Notes under the pieces: model-generated | Databases searched by the model: none | What the model saw: only the letters and a program-made list of their open reading frames with translations | What the model was told of the DNA's origin: nothing | Translations under genes and position numbers: made by a program | NCBI GenBank assembly: GCA_036172245.1 | Contig: JAYWIR010000039.1 | Span: 1,302,001 to 1,366,000 of the forward strand | DNA from: Raillietiella orientalis | Lineage: Eukaryota | Reading direction: 5' to 3' | Length of the DNA stretch: 64,000 nt | Shown here: positions 24,769-37,935 of the stretch, piece after piece | How the letters are laid out: each line of letters begins with the position of its first letter | Numbering within the stretch: the stretch's first letter is position 1

Positions 24769-25959
24769 GCTGGAGGAGCAGTGTAGAAAGGGATGTCGTG
24801 GATGCACAAGAAAGAGGCAGCTGATCGCAACCCTCAGGAGCTCCACAGGGACGTTTCCTTTCGGAGCGACCGCTGATGATCGAGGGGAAGCTAGGACGCT
24901 GCTACGCGGCAGCACTGGCGCGCGCAGTGCGCATGCGGAAACCCGGAATGTCGAGCATTGGTGGCGCCTTCCGTGAAGAGAGAGATGCACCACCGCCGCC
25001 AGCAACAACAACAGCTGTTTCGAATTCTCAAGAGAAAGCGAAAATAAATAAATAAATTGAATAAGTGAATCGCTCTCGTGCGGAGGGAGTGGCTCCTTGA
25101 ACGCTTTGTGCGCGCGAGGGACGGTGGCCAATGGCGCGTGTTGCCCGCCTGTCAGGCTGCTCTTGGTTCAGGGCACCGGTTGGGCAAAAGCGGCCTTGCT
25201 CTGTGGGGCCGCGCGCGCGCGTCCGCGGACGGCTCGAAGCTTTTCTCGAGCTGGTGCCTCCACCCAGCGAGCGCTCCGCTTCTCCAGCTCCCCTTCTCTC
25301 CCTGGAGGCCCTTTCAGGGGGCTTCCCTCCACGGAGCAAAGCGCCGGAAAGACATGGAGGAAGCGCAGGTCCTCCCGAGTCTGGTGCTCGTCTGGGACGC
25401 CCGCGGAACAGGTACCGCCTGCGGACACTCGCGGACCACGCCAGAAGTCAGCGGCCAAGAGTCGGGAAAGATGGCAGAGAGGGAGGGGGGGGGGCATTCC
25501 CAATCCTCGTTCCACCCACGGCCCTGCAGCCGTCTGAACAGCTGTCTGGTTGGAGTTCAGCCGAAGTCTACCAGCCCACCGAGGAGACCTGCCGCTCGCT
25601 TGCCTGCAAGATCACCTCTTTCGCTGAAGAAGAAGACGACAAACCGGGGAAAAAGCCGAAAGATGAAACTGAAAAGCAAGCGCAGGCGGAGCGGAAGAAA
25701 GCACGGAATCGCCGTCGCCAGCACCGTGCGTTTCCCGGGTAACGGCGCAGCACACCGCCGGCGGTTGCGCGGAGGCAGAGCGGGTTGCCGACGGCACTCC
25801 GAGAAAACCGGAACGGGAATTCCCTGGACTCCGCTTCTAACCTCTCCAAAGAGTGGATGGCGCCCCTCGAATCCACTCGTTCGGGGGTGGACGTGAGGTC
25901 GCGGTTTTGGTGGCCTACAACTTCGAGTTTTGTTCTTCCCAGAGGCGGTGACCCCCTTT

Positions 25960-26640
25960 GTATTTTTAAGGGCGGTCGCAAAGCGCTAAAGAACCGTTCG
26001 CCTGGGGACTCACGAAGCTCTTTGACACTGCCCATGCCATCCGAGGTTCACGCTTTAGGTTAGGGGATGATCCCTCCGGGGTCACCCCATGAATCCAGGA
26101 AGGTTCCGTTCCTCTCGCTTGGGAGGGAACCCCGATTGTCTCTGAAGGGAACCCCGAAGGGGAGCCCTTGTTTTCTCTGGAGGGACCCTCCGGGGGAGCT
26201 ACACCTCGTTTCTTCTCCGGAGGGAACCCAAAAAGGATCTGCTCCTTGTCTGAACTCCTCTGAAGGAACCCCGAAGGGGTGCTTTGCGATTTCCTCTGGA
26301 GGGCCGTTCCCGAAGGGAGCAGCGCGCTTCCTGATGCTCTGGAGAGGCGGCGACCACCCGTGTGGAGCATCAACCCCAGCTCCATGGCACGCGATGGAGG
26401 GGTGCCATTTTCACAACCGGAAGGGTACCATGAAAGGCTCCCTGATTCCTAGAAGGACCTCGGAGGATCGACTTTGAATCCCTGCCAGTCAATGGGGGCA
26501 TCCGGCTCCCACTAGGCCGACCAGCGGGAGGGGGGACTCGAAACCCACGATGCATGCATTTCTCGGAGTCGATCCTTCACGTGGGGATTCGAACCCGCAA
26601 CTCCTGGCGCCACACGCGAGGAGACCGCTGCCGCGGGCCC
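25960..26640 (-). mobile_element. tRNA-headed SINE-like repeat, copy 3 (inverted)
   Basis: Reverse B-box GGATTCGAACC at 26585-26595. Reverse-complement body CCAGCTCCATGGCACGCGATGGAGGGGTGCCATTTTCACAACCGG matches copy 1. Confidence 0.8.
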
Positions 26641-28887
26641 TTTTGTTTGGGCGTCGCTGTCCACATGAACTGCGACGTGCTCCACCTGCTGGGAGAAACG
26701 GCGGTTCTCTTCAGGGGGTCTTTCGGTCCTCGCAGGCTGGGACGCGCAGCGTCTTGAAGAAGATGGTCAGATCCACGGCGGGCCTGGCGGCGTTCTTCTC
26801 CGCTCGCGCCGCTGGCTGTGGCACGGAAGGGGTGCACCCCTTGTCCCTTCGGCAGTGGCCTCTACTGCCGCGCGTGCCCCAAAAAGCCCTCCAGGGAGGA
26901 GAAAGGAGGGAAGCATCAAAGACGGCGGCAGGCGCGAGTTCCTGGAACGCGGAAGGCAGCTTCGGGACGTCTGGCGAAGATGTCCAAGCGAAGTGGAGGT
27001 GCCGCGAGTGCGCTCGCGAGCGACGGTGGTCTTCAGCGCCAGCGTTGCGCGCGCACTCCACCTTGGGTGCGCCGCGCCGGGACATTCGTTTCGACCGGGT
27101 TCCTTCCGTTCCCAGGACGGGGAGCGCTACCGAAACGGCGCGGTGGTGTTACGGGGAAGGGAAGGGAAGGGGGGAGGGGGGAAGAGACTCTCCGGGGCGC
27201 CGATGGAATGTAGCCGAGGGCCCCTTCTATCGAAGAGTGTAGAAGCGTGGCCGCTCTCGATGTGGTGGCTTCTTTCTGTTTTTTGCTCTCTCTCTCTCTT
27301 TTTTTTTTTTGAGAACAGAATAAAATTAAGGAAGGGGGGAGGGGGCACGCATCCGATGCATGCGCTGCTGCTGATTCCAGCCCAAACACAGAAGTGTTCG
27401 CACACGATTCCGTTTCCAATTAAAAACCCGAACGTCAGGAGATGGGACGGTAATGGGAAAACACGAAACCGTGTGTAGATCCATTAAACTGTAAGGTTTC
27501 GAGAAAAAATTCCTCCGAAAATTCCTCCGGGCACCGGGCGGGCGATCCGGAAGGCGTTTAGCAGGGAACGGCACCTTCTCCCTCTCGCGGGGCATCCGAA
27601 TGGGAATTAAAAAACGAGAGTTTTTAATTAAAAAATTTTATGGCTATCTGTAATTTATAGTGAAGGGAGTTCCACGGAGTAATGAAATTTGAATTCATCC
27701 ACCTCTCTCCACGCAAATTGCGTTGGCGCGTTACCAACTCTGCGCCCATTTTCACCTGCTCGAAATTATACAATCATCCGCTTTCGAATCGTCTCGAAAT
27801 GAAATATTTCGCAGGCAGCTATGTAATCCTGGAAGACGTCCCGTGTTCGCGACAGACTGCAATTGAATCCCCCCGGAGCGCGGAGGAAGTGCGCGCGTAC
27901 GTTTAATCTTTCGACGTGACGGCGGTTGTCTGTCCGCCATTTCGCCCGCCGCTCCTCTCTCCCCGTACTTATCGTCGTCCATCTGCTCGTGACGTAATTC
28001 ATCCTCGGCGGTTAATTAAATCCATCCATTCCATGTCGCACTTTTCGCGCTTGGCGCCTCGCAATCCACGTGGCTGATACGCTGCCGCAGCCGCTCGCCC
28101 TCGGGAAGGAGCAGGAGGGGAAAAATTCGCTGCGCCTGTCGCTCTCTCGCTGGCGCACGCATGGCCCCCCTCGAGGCGCACACCCTCCTCGCTGTCTCCT
28201 TGCCCCCCTCCCCCCCCCCCTATTCTCAGGCTCCGCTGTGCGGCGAGGGTTCCCATGCGGTGGGACACGCCCCCGGGGCTTATTCTCGAATGCCCGGCTC
28301 CCGCGCCGCGTTGCTGCTGCTGCCCGGAGCGAACCAGAAGAGCGTCCGCCCGCTCTACCACCGCGGTGCGAGCCCGCGTGCCTCCCCGAACACGAGGGCC
28401 GACACGGCAGTTGGTGCGATGCACGGTAATTTGAGGAAGAGCAGAGAGGGATCGTCAGAATGGGTCCAGAATGCCTTGTTTTCGGTGGCGCCTGACGAGG
28501 AGGAGGAAGAAGAAGAAGAGAGAAAAAAATCCTGCATGTGAGCCGCGCTCTTTCGTGTCTCTTGGCGCTACAACAAGCGCCGTCTCGTGTTACCCCGGCT
28601 ACACGGCGCGGAGATTTTCCAGAGAGTGTCACCCCGCGACGGGAATCCGATGGTCTTCTTTGAGACGTTACGGAATTCCCCCTTCCCCTCGGCCCGCACT
28701 GGTGAAAAAGTCTTCCAGACAAGAGCGCTTGCAGCTCTCGTGGTGCAAACCCCGCACCTCTCTGAAGAGGTGGCAGTGCGCTCGGGACGGTCAGCAGCGG
28801 CCTTGGTGTTCACTTTCTTCCTCCTCCTCCTTTTCTTCTTTCTCCCTTGCGCGATTTCGTGGCTGCTGGTTCTCCGGCGGCGGAACC

Positions 28888-29045
28888 GATGCGCCGGCGG
28901 GCGGATCCTCGGGGCACACACGGGAAGAAGGCCCACGCACGGAGGACGTCCTTCCGCAGAGCGACCGCGAGGCTGCGGCCTCCTCACGACGCGGCACCGA
29001 ACGTCGCGGGTTCGAATCCCACCCAAGGAAAGGATCGTCCGAGAA
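28888..29045 (+). mobile_element. 5' fragment of the same SINE-like family
   Basis: GTCGCGGGTTCGAATCCC..GGAAAGGATCGTC; similar to 30630-30785, including about 75 bp upstream of the tRNA-like head. Confidence 0.6.
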
Positions 29046-29399
29046 ATCCCGCCAGCCTTCCGTAACTTTCTCACGCGGCCGCGCAGCTTCGCGTGTCTGG
29101 GTCACTCAGTAGACGCGCGCGCGCAGCTTTTCGGGTTCTGTAGATTCCCGCGGGGCGCGCTGGGACCGAAAACAGATCGGGTTGCCTGCCTGCCTGCCGG
29201 CCGGCCGACCGACCGACCGACCCCTCTCTCCTTGCGTTGGGCGCGGGACATCTGTCCGGGGCGCCTAGGACGGGAGTGGTGGCGACGACGCCCGAGGCTC
29301 ACGTGGACTTTTCTCGAAGTCGCCCCGCACCTCCGCCTGCGAGCTGCGAGCGCTGCCGCGTGCGCGTCGTGGGTGACATGGGGGAGCGTGACCGCAGTG

Positions 29400-30480
29400 G
29401 TCCACCGGCGAGAGACGCGGCCAGCTGAATGCGTAAGCGGCTGGTGATGCCAGTTCGGCTTGGCAACCGGAGGTGCCACCGCATCGGACAACCAGAGCAT
29501 CCATCTCTCCCGCGTCCATCTCTCAGATGGCCCGGGGTGCGCTCCTGGGACCACTTGCGCAGGTCATAACCTGCCCGGTCGTCCGGACGCAGGTGTTGGG
29601 AAATGAACTGGGCAGAGGGAAGGAGATGGAAACGGGAAGAAGAGACCGGAGGACCGAACTGGGGAAGGGGGTGCCTGCGAGACCGCGCACGCCTCTCGGC
29701 TGGGAGGCAGCTCCGATCCGAACCGCAGTGTCTAAAAATAGATTTCGATCCGGAGGGCTCAGAGTGAGTGACTGCAACCTCAATCATGCGCGGCGAGGAC
29801 GTTCCATCAGGACTCGATGATGCATCTCGTTCGGAGCGGAACCCCCATCCTCTCCGTGCGCCGGTGCGAACAGGAGGGCGGCGTCGTAACTCACGGAGGA
29901 ATCTCCCGAGAGTCAGATGCTGCTGCAGTCGGGTCGTGCCTGCAGCGGCAGCGGTGGCGGCGAAGCAGGTCTCTCCCGCGCCAGGGGCTTCCTTTTTGTC
30001 GCCGCTGCCCCCTCGAACGCAGTTCAGGAGCGGTTCAGCGGCGGACCCGCCGCCAGGGGAAGCTGGGAAAGGGGGAAGGGAACGAGGCGGAACCTGCAGG
30101 TGCTCCCCCTCCCTCTTTCGCTTTCGTGCTGGACCGCGCGCGAAGGGAGCCGAGGGAGCGTCGTCTCCGCAGCGACGGGAAGGGGGAAGGGGGGGGGGGG
30201 AACTTTCCGGCGTCAACGGCAACGGCTCGCCTGAAATTCTTCTTTTTCAATTCGATTTTCCAACCTGCAAGAACGAACAAGAAAACGAGCTGTTGCGGAA
30301 CTTTGAGAGGACCAGGAAGAGAGGAGAGAGAGGAAGAGACGAAGGTGGGGAAGAGGAGGAGGAGAGAGAACGGCAGTTGGCGAATTTACGAGGCAGCAGA
30401 ACAATGCAGGTCTCGGAGATGAAGCGCTGCTCCAAGACCGAAAGATTCTTCAGCTCTTCGACCGGGAACCCATGAATTGC
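29400..30480 (+). mobile_element. Decayed CR1-group LINE 5' part (ORF1 and start of APE)
   Basis: RCHRIGQPEHPSLPRPS (like RAHR.G...PRP of RRM-type ORF1), then LKFFFFN...KNEQENELL resembling an APE N-terminus. Confidence 0.4.
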
Positions 30481-30629
30481 AAATGAGGCAAAGCGTAGAC
30501 GTGCTGTTTCGAAACGACTGCGTCCCGGAAATTGGATGATGCGCCTGCCGCTCCGCTGAGCACGGGGAAGCGATGGGAGCCGCTCCTGTAGCTCCGGAGC
30601 CAAGTCTTCCTCGCGGGGGGGACTCCCCG

Positions 30630-31440
30630 GATGCGCCGGCGGGCAGATCCACGAGGTGCAGACGGGGAGGAGGTCTACGCACGGAGGAGGTTTCTTCCGA
30701 CGCCGAGCGGCCGCGAGGACCTCCCCCACGCGCGTGGCACCAAGGCGTCGCGGGTTCGAATCCTGCCCGGAGAAGGATCGTCGTCGCCTAGAACGGCGGG
30801 TGCATTGTGGGCTTCGGGTGCCCCCCCCCCCTCACCTTCCCGCAGGATGGCCAACTGGTTGGCCTCGGTTGGATTCGGACGCGGCACTGGTGGAATGCGG
30901 ACGCTTGCCCCCCACGTTGACTGACCGGGACTAGAAAGTAGACCCTCCTCAAGTCCTTCCAGGACATCAAGGAACCCTTCGGGGTTTCCCTGCGGTTGTG
31001 GAAAGGGCAACCCTCCATTGCGTACTACGGGACCGGTAACTCTCCAGAATGGGAACAAGTGCGCTCCTCCCTTCGGGAGAGGCGCCTCCAGGGGAAATCA
31101 GGAAGCGACCTTTCGGGATTCTCTTTAGAGGAGTTCAAACAAGGAGCTTATCCTTTCCGGGTTCCCTCTGGAGGAAGAAACAATGAGGCACGGACCCCTT
31201 CTCGGGTATACCCTCCGGAGAGACTCAGGAAGAGAGCTCCCTTCCCTCCAAAGAGCGAGGGGAGAACAGACTCCTCCCTCCGGAGCCCTTCCTAAACTAT
31301 AGGGTGGTCCCTCCGAAGTCACCTCCTAACCTGAAGGGTCAAATGGATCCTCGGGTGGTGCGGACAGCATCAAAGATCTTCGTGAACCCTCCCCTCCCCC
31401 TTCCTTCGCCAGCGGCCGACGGGCCGCCGCTTCGAGCGAC
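30630..31440 (+). mobile_element. tRNA-headed SINE-like repeat, copy 4
   Basis: GGTTCGAATCC at 30753-30763, followed by the family body (GAAGGATCG..GAACGGCGGG..CAGGATGGC..CAAGGAACC..GGTTGTGGAAA..AGAGCGAG). Confidence 0.75.
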
Positions 31441-31647
31441 CTCGGTCAGCGCCACGCCACGGAGAGCACGGGAAAACGGTGGATCCCCGGAGCGGTCCGG
31501 ACCTCGGAGGGGATCCCGAGCTAAAAGGCGAAGACCTTGCGGAACGCCACGCGGCGGACGTGATGTCCCGTCGCCAGTGCAGGCCCGGTGACGCGGTCTT
31601 TCCGGGAACGGGAGCGCCAATATTGGTGCTTCTCACAGGGACGGGAC

Positions 31648-31690
31648 TGTCTGTCTGTGTGTGTGTGTGTGTGTGTGTGTATTTGTGTGT
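31648..31690. repeat. (GT)n microsatellite
   Basis: Read directly from the sequence. Confidence 0.9.
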
Positions 31691-32799
31691 CGCCCCGTTG
31701 CTAGGCAACGCGCGCGCCACTTCCTTCCGCGATTTTCCTTCCGACTGCGAGGGAGCTGCGGGCCACCTTCTCGGGCGCTTTGCCTGCGTCGATGGGGTTT
31801 ACTGGTCGTTGTCTCGCTTGGGCACCGCCGATTCGGCGAGGAGGAAACCCAGGAAGAAGGGATCGTTCCCGTTCGGAGTCTCCGTGCTGCCTGCAGGACG
31901 GAAAATTTCGTCGGATGACTTGGACGGAGACCCAGCGCGGAGATCTCCAGGAGATAGGAGGAAACAAGCAGAGGCGGAGAGCACCTCCGGAGGGAGACAA
32001 ACGATGTTTCTCTTGAAACGTGGGCGAGCTGAGAAGCAAGAGTCCTCCCACCCATCCCATTCCGTCCAGGAGACGGGGAGATCCCGTCAGGAGCTGCTTG
32101 TCCCCTTGGGCCGAGGATCATCAACCCGGCGACGGACGCCTTTGCGTGGCGACCGCGACTACCCCGGCATCGTGGATGCGGTCCGAGGTTTGGGGGCCCT
32201 TCCTTCCTTGCCCTTCCCGACTTGGCATCTCGGGAGCGCCGCCCGGGACGCGGCGCATCGCCCTCGGAGTGCAGGAGCGGGGGCAGAGAGGCCGACCGCA
32301 GGAGAGGAGGAAGGCCGCGAAGGTCCGGAAGCGGAACCTGAGCTTCCCCGAGATCCATTGCCGTGCGTCCGAGACGGAGCGTCTTCGGATCGACAACGGC
32401 AGCAGCAGGAGCAGCCGTGCGCTCGAAGAGGCCCGCCGCAGACATTCCGCAGACGCCGGGCACCGTCGGAGGCTGAGACTTTCGCTTCGCATCCGAGCGC
32501 GCTCGCGCGACGAAGCTGCACGCACCGCCCCTTCCTCTCCGGTGAGCTCCGGTCCCGAGTCCTGCATTTTCGCCAGTGGTGCCGACCACGACCTTCTCTC
32601 TCTTCCCAGAGTGAGCCCTGCGCCGTGGCGAAGCGCTCCGAGTTGACTGGCCTGCAGCCCGCAAGGTTTTCTGCAGCAGGAAAGGAGGAAAGGACGGCGG
32701 CGGTCCAGGTGCTCTTTTTGCCAGCGAGAAAGCTCCGGCACGAAAAGCTTCGAGTCTTCCCGCTCGCGGGCTCTACTGTTGCCAGGGGACGGGCAGCAG

Positions 32800-33400
32800 G
32801 ACTAGGAGAATAGTTTGCTAGGGAAGGAGGAACAGGGCTGGGAGAGTAGGTTGCCAAGGGAGGTGCAGGAACCGTACTTGGATGACCCCTACAATTTCCA
32901 CATATGGGGTCAGTCGTGGGACGAGCGCGCGACAGACGCTCAGAATCCGTGGCTGTCCGGTTGCCCGGGAAGCAGGTTGCCTGCCTCGTGTCTCGGCGCA
33001 TGCGCAGAACGCGCTCGCACGCACACATGGCCGCGGGCGAAGGCGGGATGCAGATCCGCGGGTGCCGGTCCTGCCCCATCGCTCACGTGTTTCCGCTCTC
33101 CCCTTCCATCAAGATAACTGCATCCTCCCCTGCATCCCCTGAGAATAACTGCGTCCGGCCCACGCCGCTGCCGAGGGTGCGCAGGCACCGCGTTGCGCTG
33201 GCAACACTCCGCGGTCCTGCCTCCCTCGCAAGGCTTCCCGCCGACCGTCTTAATGCATGCACGAGTAAAGGGCTTGTGGTGTTTTGCAGGGAAGGAGAGG
33301 CACCGCAAGACGGCCACGATCGGAGGCTTCGTGGACCCAACCCACCCACCGTGCCCAACGCGGATGGAAGTGCGTACGGAAGATGGTCGTTCAGCGAGGC
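32800..33400 (-). mobile_element. Possible decayed gag-like (CCHC knuckle) LINE ORF1 fragment
   Basis: Degenerate knuckles ..RGHVC.., FCACAE.., DPICGNCRGHPS. Confidence 0.25.
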
Positions 33401-36400
33401 TCTTTGCACGCGTTCCCCGACCGACGCCAGCGCGCCGCGAAGGAGCCCTTCGCACGCACCTCCGCAGACAGGTAAGGACGGTGCCTGTGGACGTCGTCCA
33501 AGCGGTGAGCCTGCCGCCAGGTGGAGCCTGCGGGGACCGCGGCAGACGCCGACGCTCCCGGTGCGCGCGGGCTGCCATGCCGACATTTGCCCTGCGCGGA
33601 GCAGGGGGTCGGGAAGGATTACCACGGGAAACCCGGAGTCTCTGGAAAGCGGCCCGCACGAGGCGTTTCGGACGCCAGGACTCCGGGGAGCGAGAGGCGG
33701 CGGCGTGCCTTCACGGAAGATCACGGAGGAGCTGAGAGACTAAGGGAGCGCGCGGCCTCCGGAACGTCCACCCTGGGTACAGGAGCGTCTCGGCGCGCAG
33801 AGGAGACGCGTCTCCACGCTCGACGAACGGTCCTGGAGCGGTTCGTGGTTCCGAGGAGGTCCCCGGATCAGAGCGGACGGCGGAAGACAGCGAAAGGACG
33901 GCGGCCCCTCGCCCGGCAAGCCCTGAGCAGTGGACCGACTTGGCTTGCAATTCTCCAGCGTCCGCCTACTTGGCTGCCACACTGCTGCTGCATCTCACGC
34001 CGCGAAGCAGCTTCTGCTGGCACCTCCTCGTCTCCGATAGCCACCGGCAACAGCAGCATTTCTTCGCCTTTTTTTTTTTCTATTTTTCCTTCTCCTTCTC
34101 CTCGTCTGTTCCCGGTACCGAAGAATGGTCGGCTCTTGGAAGTCGGGACGTCCGCGAGCTTCCGTCTCGTGCCCAGCGCACTTCTTTACTGGATGAGGCC
34201 CGTTGGTACGAGCAGCGCAGGAGTCCCTTCGACCACCGTCTGGGGCAGCTGCCACGCGGTCTTTGCCCAAGAGGACGGAAGAGAAGCGGCAGCTTCTCCG
34301 AGAGGCGTAAGGCCGCAGCAGGAAACCCGAAGACACGGGCAGCGGCTGCGCTCCCGCGCTTTCGCACACCCGGGTGACCGCCGCCCAGGAGGGAGCTGCG
34401 GGCCACAGCCCTTTGCGGAGAGCCAGGAAGGCGCCCGGACCGGCGGCACGCGTCCGTTTCCCGCGGAGGAAGGCTCCCTGCCCGGCTGGGAGGTGGGGAG
34501 CAATCGCGGACCGAAACGGGGCCGGGGGGGAAGCTCGCCTCCCGCGACTTGGAACTGGACCCGCCACGCGGGATTTATTTTTAGCTCCCTCGAAGCCGCC
34601 TCCGCCACGCGACCTCTCGGCACCACGGAGCTCCTCGGGCTCTGGACAGGAGGCCACATGGGGCCGCGGGCACTGGGCTCCCAGCCGGAAGGTGGCACGC
34701 GAGCTCTCACCCCCTCGCACTAGGGCCCCAAACACGCGAGTTGTACCTTCCGCTCCCGACGGCAGCGGATCGCCACGAACACCGCGGAAGGCGGATCGTG
34801 CGCGCCTCTGCGGGCTGACCGCGGTGTTCCTGAGCGGGGGCAGTTGAAACCGCCCGCTGGTGTGCTGGCTGGATGACGTCCCGTCAGAAGTTTACGACGC
34901 ACAGACCGCAGAACCGCTGCTCGACTGCAGCTGCTGAATCATCTCGTGAAGAGAAGGAGAGGCGGAAACAACAACAAAAGAAGAAGATAGAGGGTGGAGG
35001 GGAGGGGGGAAATTCCTTCTGTGAACATGAAAGATGGCAGCCTGCTCGAGACAGCTTCTGGGCATCCGCCGGTTCCTTAACAGCGATGCGAGCGAGCGAC
35101 CGATGACCAGGGCTGTGTACAACGGGATGCACGGAGACGAAGTCTTCCCTCGGCGGTGTTCTCCGGGAGAGGCCCGCTACACCGGATGTGCGGGGGGAAC
35201 CTCTTTTGGAACCGCCCGCCTTCTCTTTGCAGCAGAAGATGGAAAGAGGGGGAAAGGGGGGGGAGCAAGAAGCACTGGCGGTTGGCGCAGAGGCCAGCGC
35301 CCGCGCGCCCCCCGGATCGTCTCCAGGGTCGTTCCGCCCGATGGAGGCGAAACCGTCGTCTCGCGCCTCCGCACGAAGCTGCGTCGCGTCTTCCACGACG
35401 CACCACGTGCGGATCGCCTGCGCCCGCCATCTTGAGGCCGAAACCTCCCTTCGCGCCGGTTCGCTCACGCCGCCGAGCCGCGCGCGGCTCGCGGGTCGAC
35501 GGAGAGAGGGCGCTGCGTGCGACGATGCCACCATTCGGGAATCATTTTCCCGCGTGGTGACCGAAGTCCGAAACGTGACTCTGGGGTCTTCTGGTGCGTT
35601 ACCAGCCAAAGTGTCGAGAGAGAATCGGAGACCGGGAAGAGCAAAGAAAAGGGAAAAGAAGGGAGGGAGGGGGGGGGGGGGAAGTTCCATGTGCACTCGA
35701 TACGTCTCTCTCCGCGAGAAGAGCCTTTCACGTGGATTTTTATGATACCAGCATGCGGACCGTTTGTCGGTCGTCTGCTGAGCGTCTGCCGAGCTGCGAG
35801 CTGAGATCCCACAATGTGTAGGCATGGAAATCAGCAGCAGCGCCTCCTCTCTGTGTGTGTGGGTGTTTTTTTTTTCTTTTGGTTGTTGCTGCTGTCATTC
35901 GTTCGTCTTTTCGCCATCCCTCCCCTTTTTATTTTATTTTATTTTTTTTCTTCCCTCCTCTCCCGGTCAGTTCGTCGTGTAACGCGATCTTTTTCGATTT
36001 CACGGCGCCACTGAGAACGCCTTGTAGCGGATTGCTAATTAGTCATGCCGCGAGCTGGGATCCGGAGGCACGGCTGATTCTGGCGACCCGGACGGCGGCG
36101 AACACTTTCCGTTTCCCGGACCGGCGCGCCCCCGCCGCGCGTGCGCGCCCCCGCCGTCCGGGCGCGGAGCGCATTGTTGCTCTCCGTGCCGCGAGCGCGC
36201 GCTGCGGGCGCCGCCGGACGGACGGAAAGGCAAACAAACGGCGAGCGAAAAGAGGGGGAGATAAATCCGAAGGCGGATCGGCTGCGCTGGCGCCGCAGGC
36301 GGCGGTGGTGCTCGGGAGAGAAGAAGGGCCCCCGCAGCCTCCTCCTACCCCGCCGAAGTGGGGAAGCGATTCTCACTCCCTCTTTCCTTTCCTTCCCCCC

Positions 36401-37465
36401 CCCCCCCATAGCCTGCGGTGCCACAACGTTCCAGGTGGACGTCGCCACCACCTCTTGCGGCTGCTGCCAACGCGCGAAGATGGCACCCGCTGCCCGGCAA
36501 CTTTGGCATGCACCGGGTGGGGTGGGATGGGGTGGGGTGAGGTGTGGATGGCTCCCCGTGCTCGTCGTAGGCCTCTCCGCGGCATTGCCGAAAAACTGCG
36601 AGAGGGGGGGGGGGGGGAAGAAAGGCGACCGACCGTTATTTCATGATGGCGGTCCCTCACAGAAGGGGACCTCCTCCTCCTCCCCACCTCCCGGCAAGCA
36701 GACATCGCAGCGCGCTGCTTGCGGACCTCGGCAGCCGAGGAGGAGCACTGGCACTTGTTGCCACGGGGAGCGTTCCGGGGTGCGACGACGTCCCCAGCGG
36801 ATCCGCTGCTGGGACAGGGGAGCGAGGAAGGGGCGAGGGCGACCACGTCTCGCGCTTCTCCAGCCTCCGTCCGAGGATCGCGGCGGAAGGGCTGGTTCCT
36901 CGTGTCCGGAGGAGGCAGGAAGGTAAGGGGGTGGGGGCAACTTCATCCGCTATGGGGCAAAGGGCGGTTGGGCCCGAAAGGCATGCGGCACTCGTCGCAC
37001 GGGGATATCGGCATCCTTGACCTCCCTCCTGACTAAGGGAAGGATTGAATGGCCGGTCCGCCGCCACGAGCGTGACCACAATGACCCACCCCGGCCCGGG
37101 GAAGGCCCTTGTCCCACCTTGCGCGCGAAGCGCAGAGTGAGGAGCGTCTGGCCGCGAGCCGGCTCCAGGGGAGGTCACTCCCCGCCCCCTCATGGCTCGA
37201 CCTTGCGGGGGTGCCACGCCCTCCTCGAGGCGGGGTGGGTTTGGGGTGGGGGGGTAAGCGGATTGGATGCCCTCACGGGCCACCGTTGCTCTTTTGCCCC
37301 GCAGGGGGGAGCAATGAGGGGTGGGGGGGTAGGGGATAAGAAATTCAACCAAATTCAACCGGCGGACCTGCGTCTCCGGCGCAGCCTCCTCGCGCGCGCG
37401 CGCATAAGTGCGTGCATCCTCCGGGTCCCGCAGAGCGGGGGGCGTATCTCTCGCAGCTCCCCCGG

Positions 37466-37736
37466 AGCAGCAGCAGCAGCAGCAGCACCAGCACCGCCAG
37501 CGCCAGAAGCAGCAGCAGCAGCCACGGAAGTCTTTTCGGTCGTTTTTCCCTTTGTCTCCTGCGCTTCTCGCGCCGCCTACGCCCTGCCTTCCGGTGCGCC
37601 CCCCTCGCGGGCGCGCGCGACGGCGCCCGGACGTCTTACCTCTGTGGGTGCGGTGGCGCCGGCGGCCGTCGTGGTCGCTGTCCTCCTCCTCCTCCTCGTC
37701 GTTGCGCGCGGCGGCGGCGGCGGCGGCGGCGGCTGC

Positions 37737-37767
<31 letters not shown>

Positions 37768-37935
37768 CCGTCGCAGAGGCCGCGGGGGTCGTCGGCCTCT
37801 TCCCCCTCCTCCTCCTCCTGCTGGCCTCGTCGCCGCCGTCGACGACCACGTCGGCGACGACGCACGCACGCAGGGGCGGCGGCGACGACGTCACGGCGCT
37901 TCGGTGGCGGTGGCGCTGCTGCTGCTGCTGCTGCC
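37466..37935. repeat. Compound trinucleotide repeats (CAG/CTG, GGC, TCC)
   Basis: Read directly from the sequence; explains the spurious polyQ/A/S ORFs in several frames. Confidence 0.9.

Noticed and set aside
25561..25742. Charged, protein-like stretch AEVYQPTEETCRSLACKITSFAEEEDDKPGKK...
   Set aside because: Weak acceptor, no partner exons and no domain; probably purine-rich or TE-derived.
31479..34735. Long ORFs (444, 400 and 343 aa)
   Set aside because: GC-driven stop depletion; no domain or coherent exon structure, partly TE relic.
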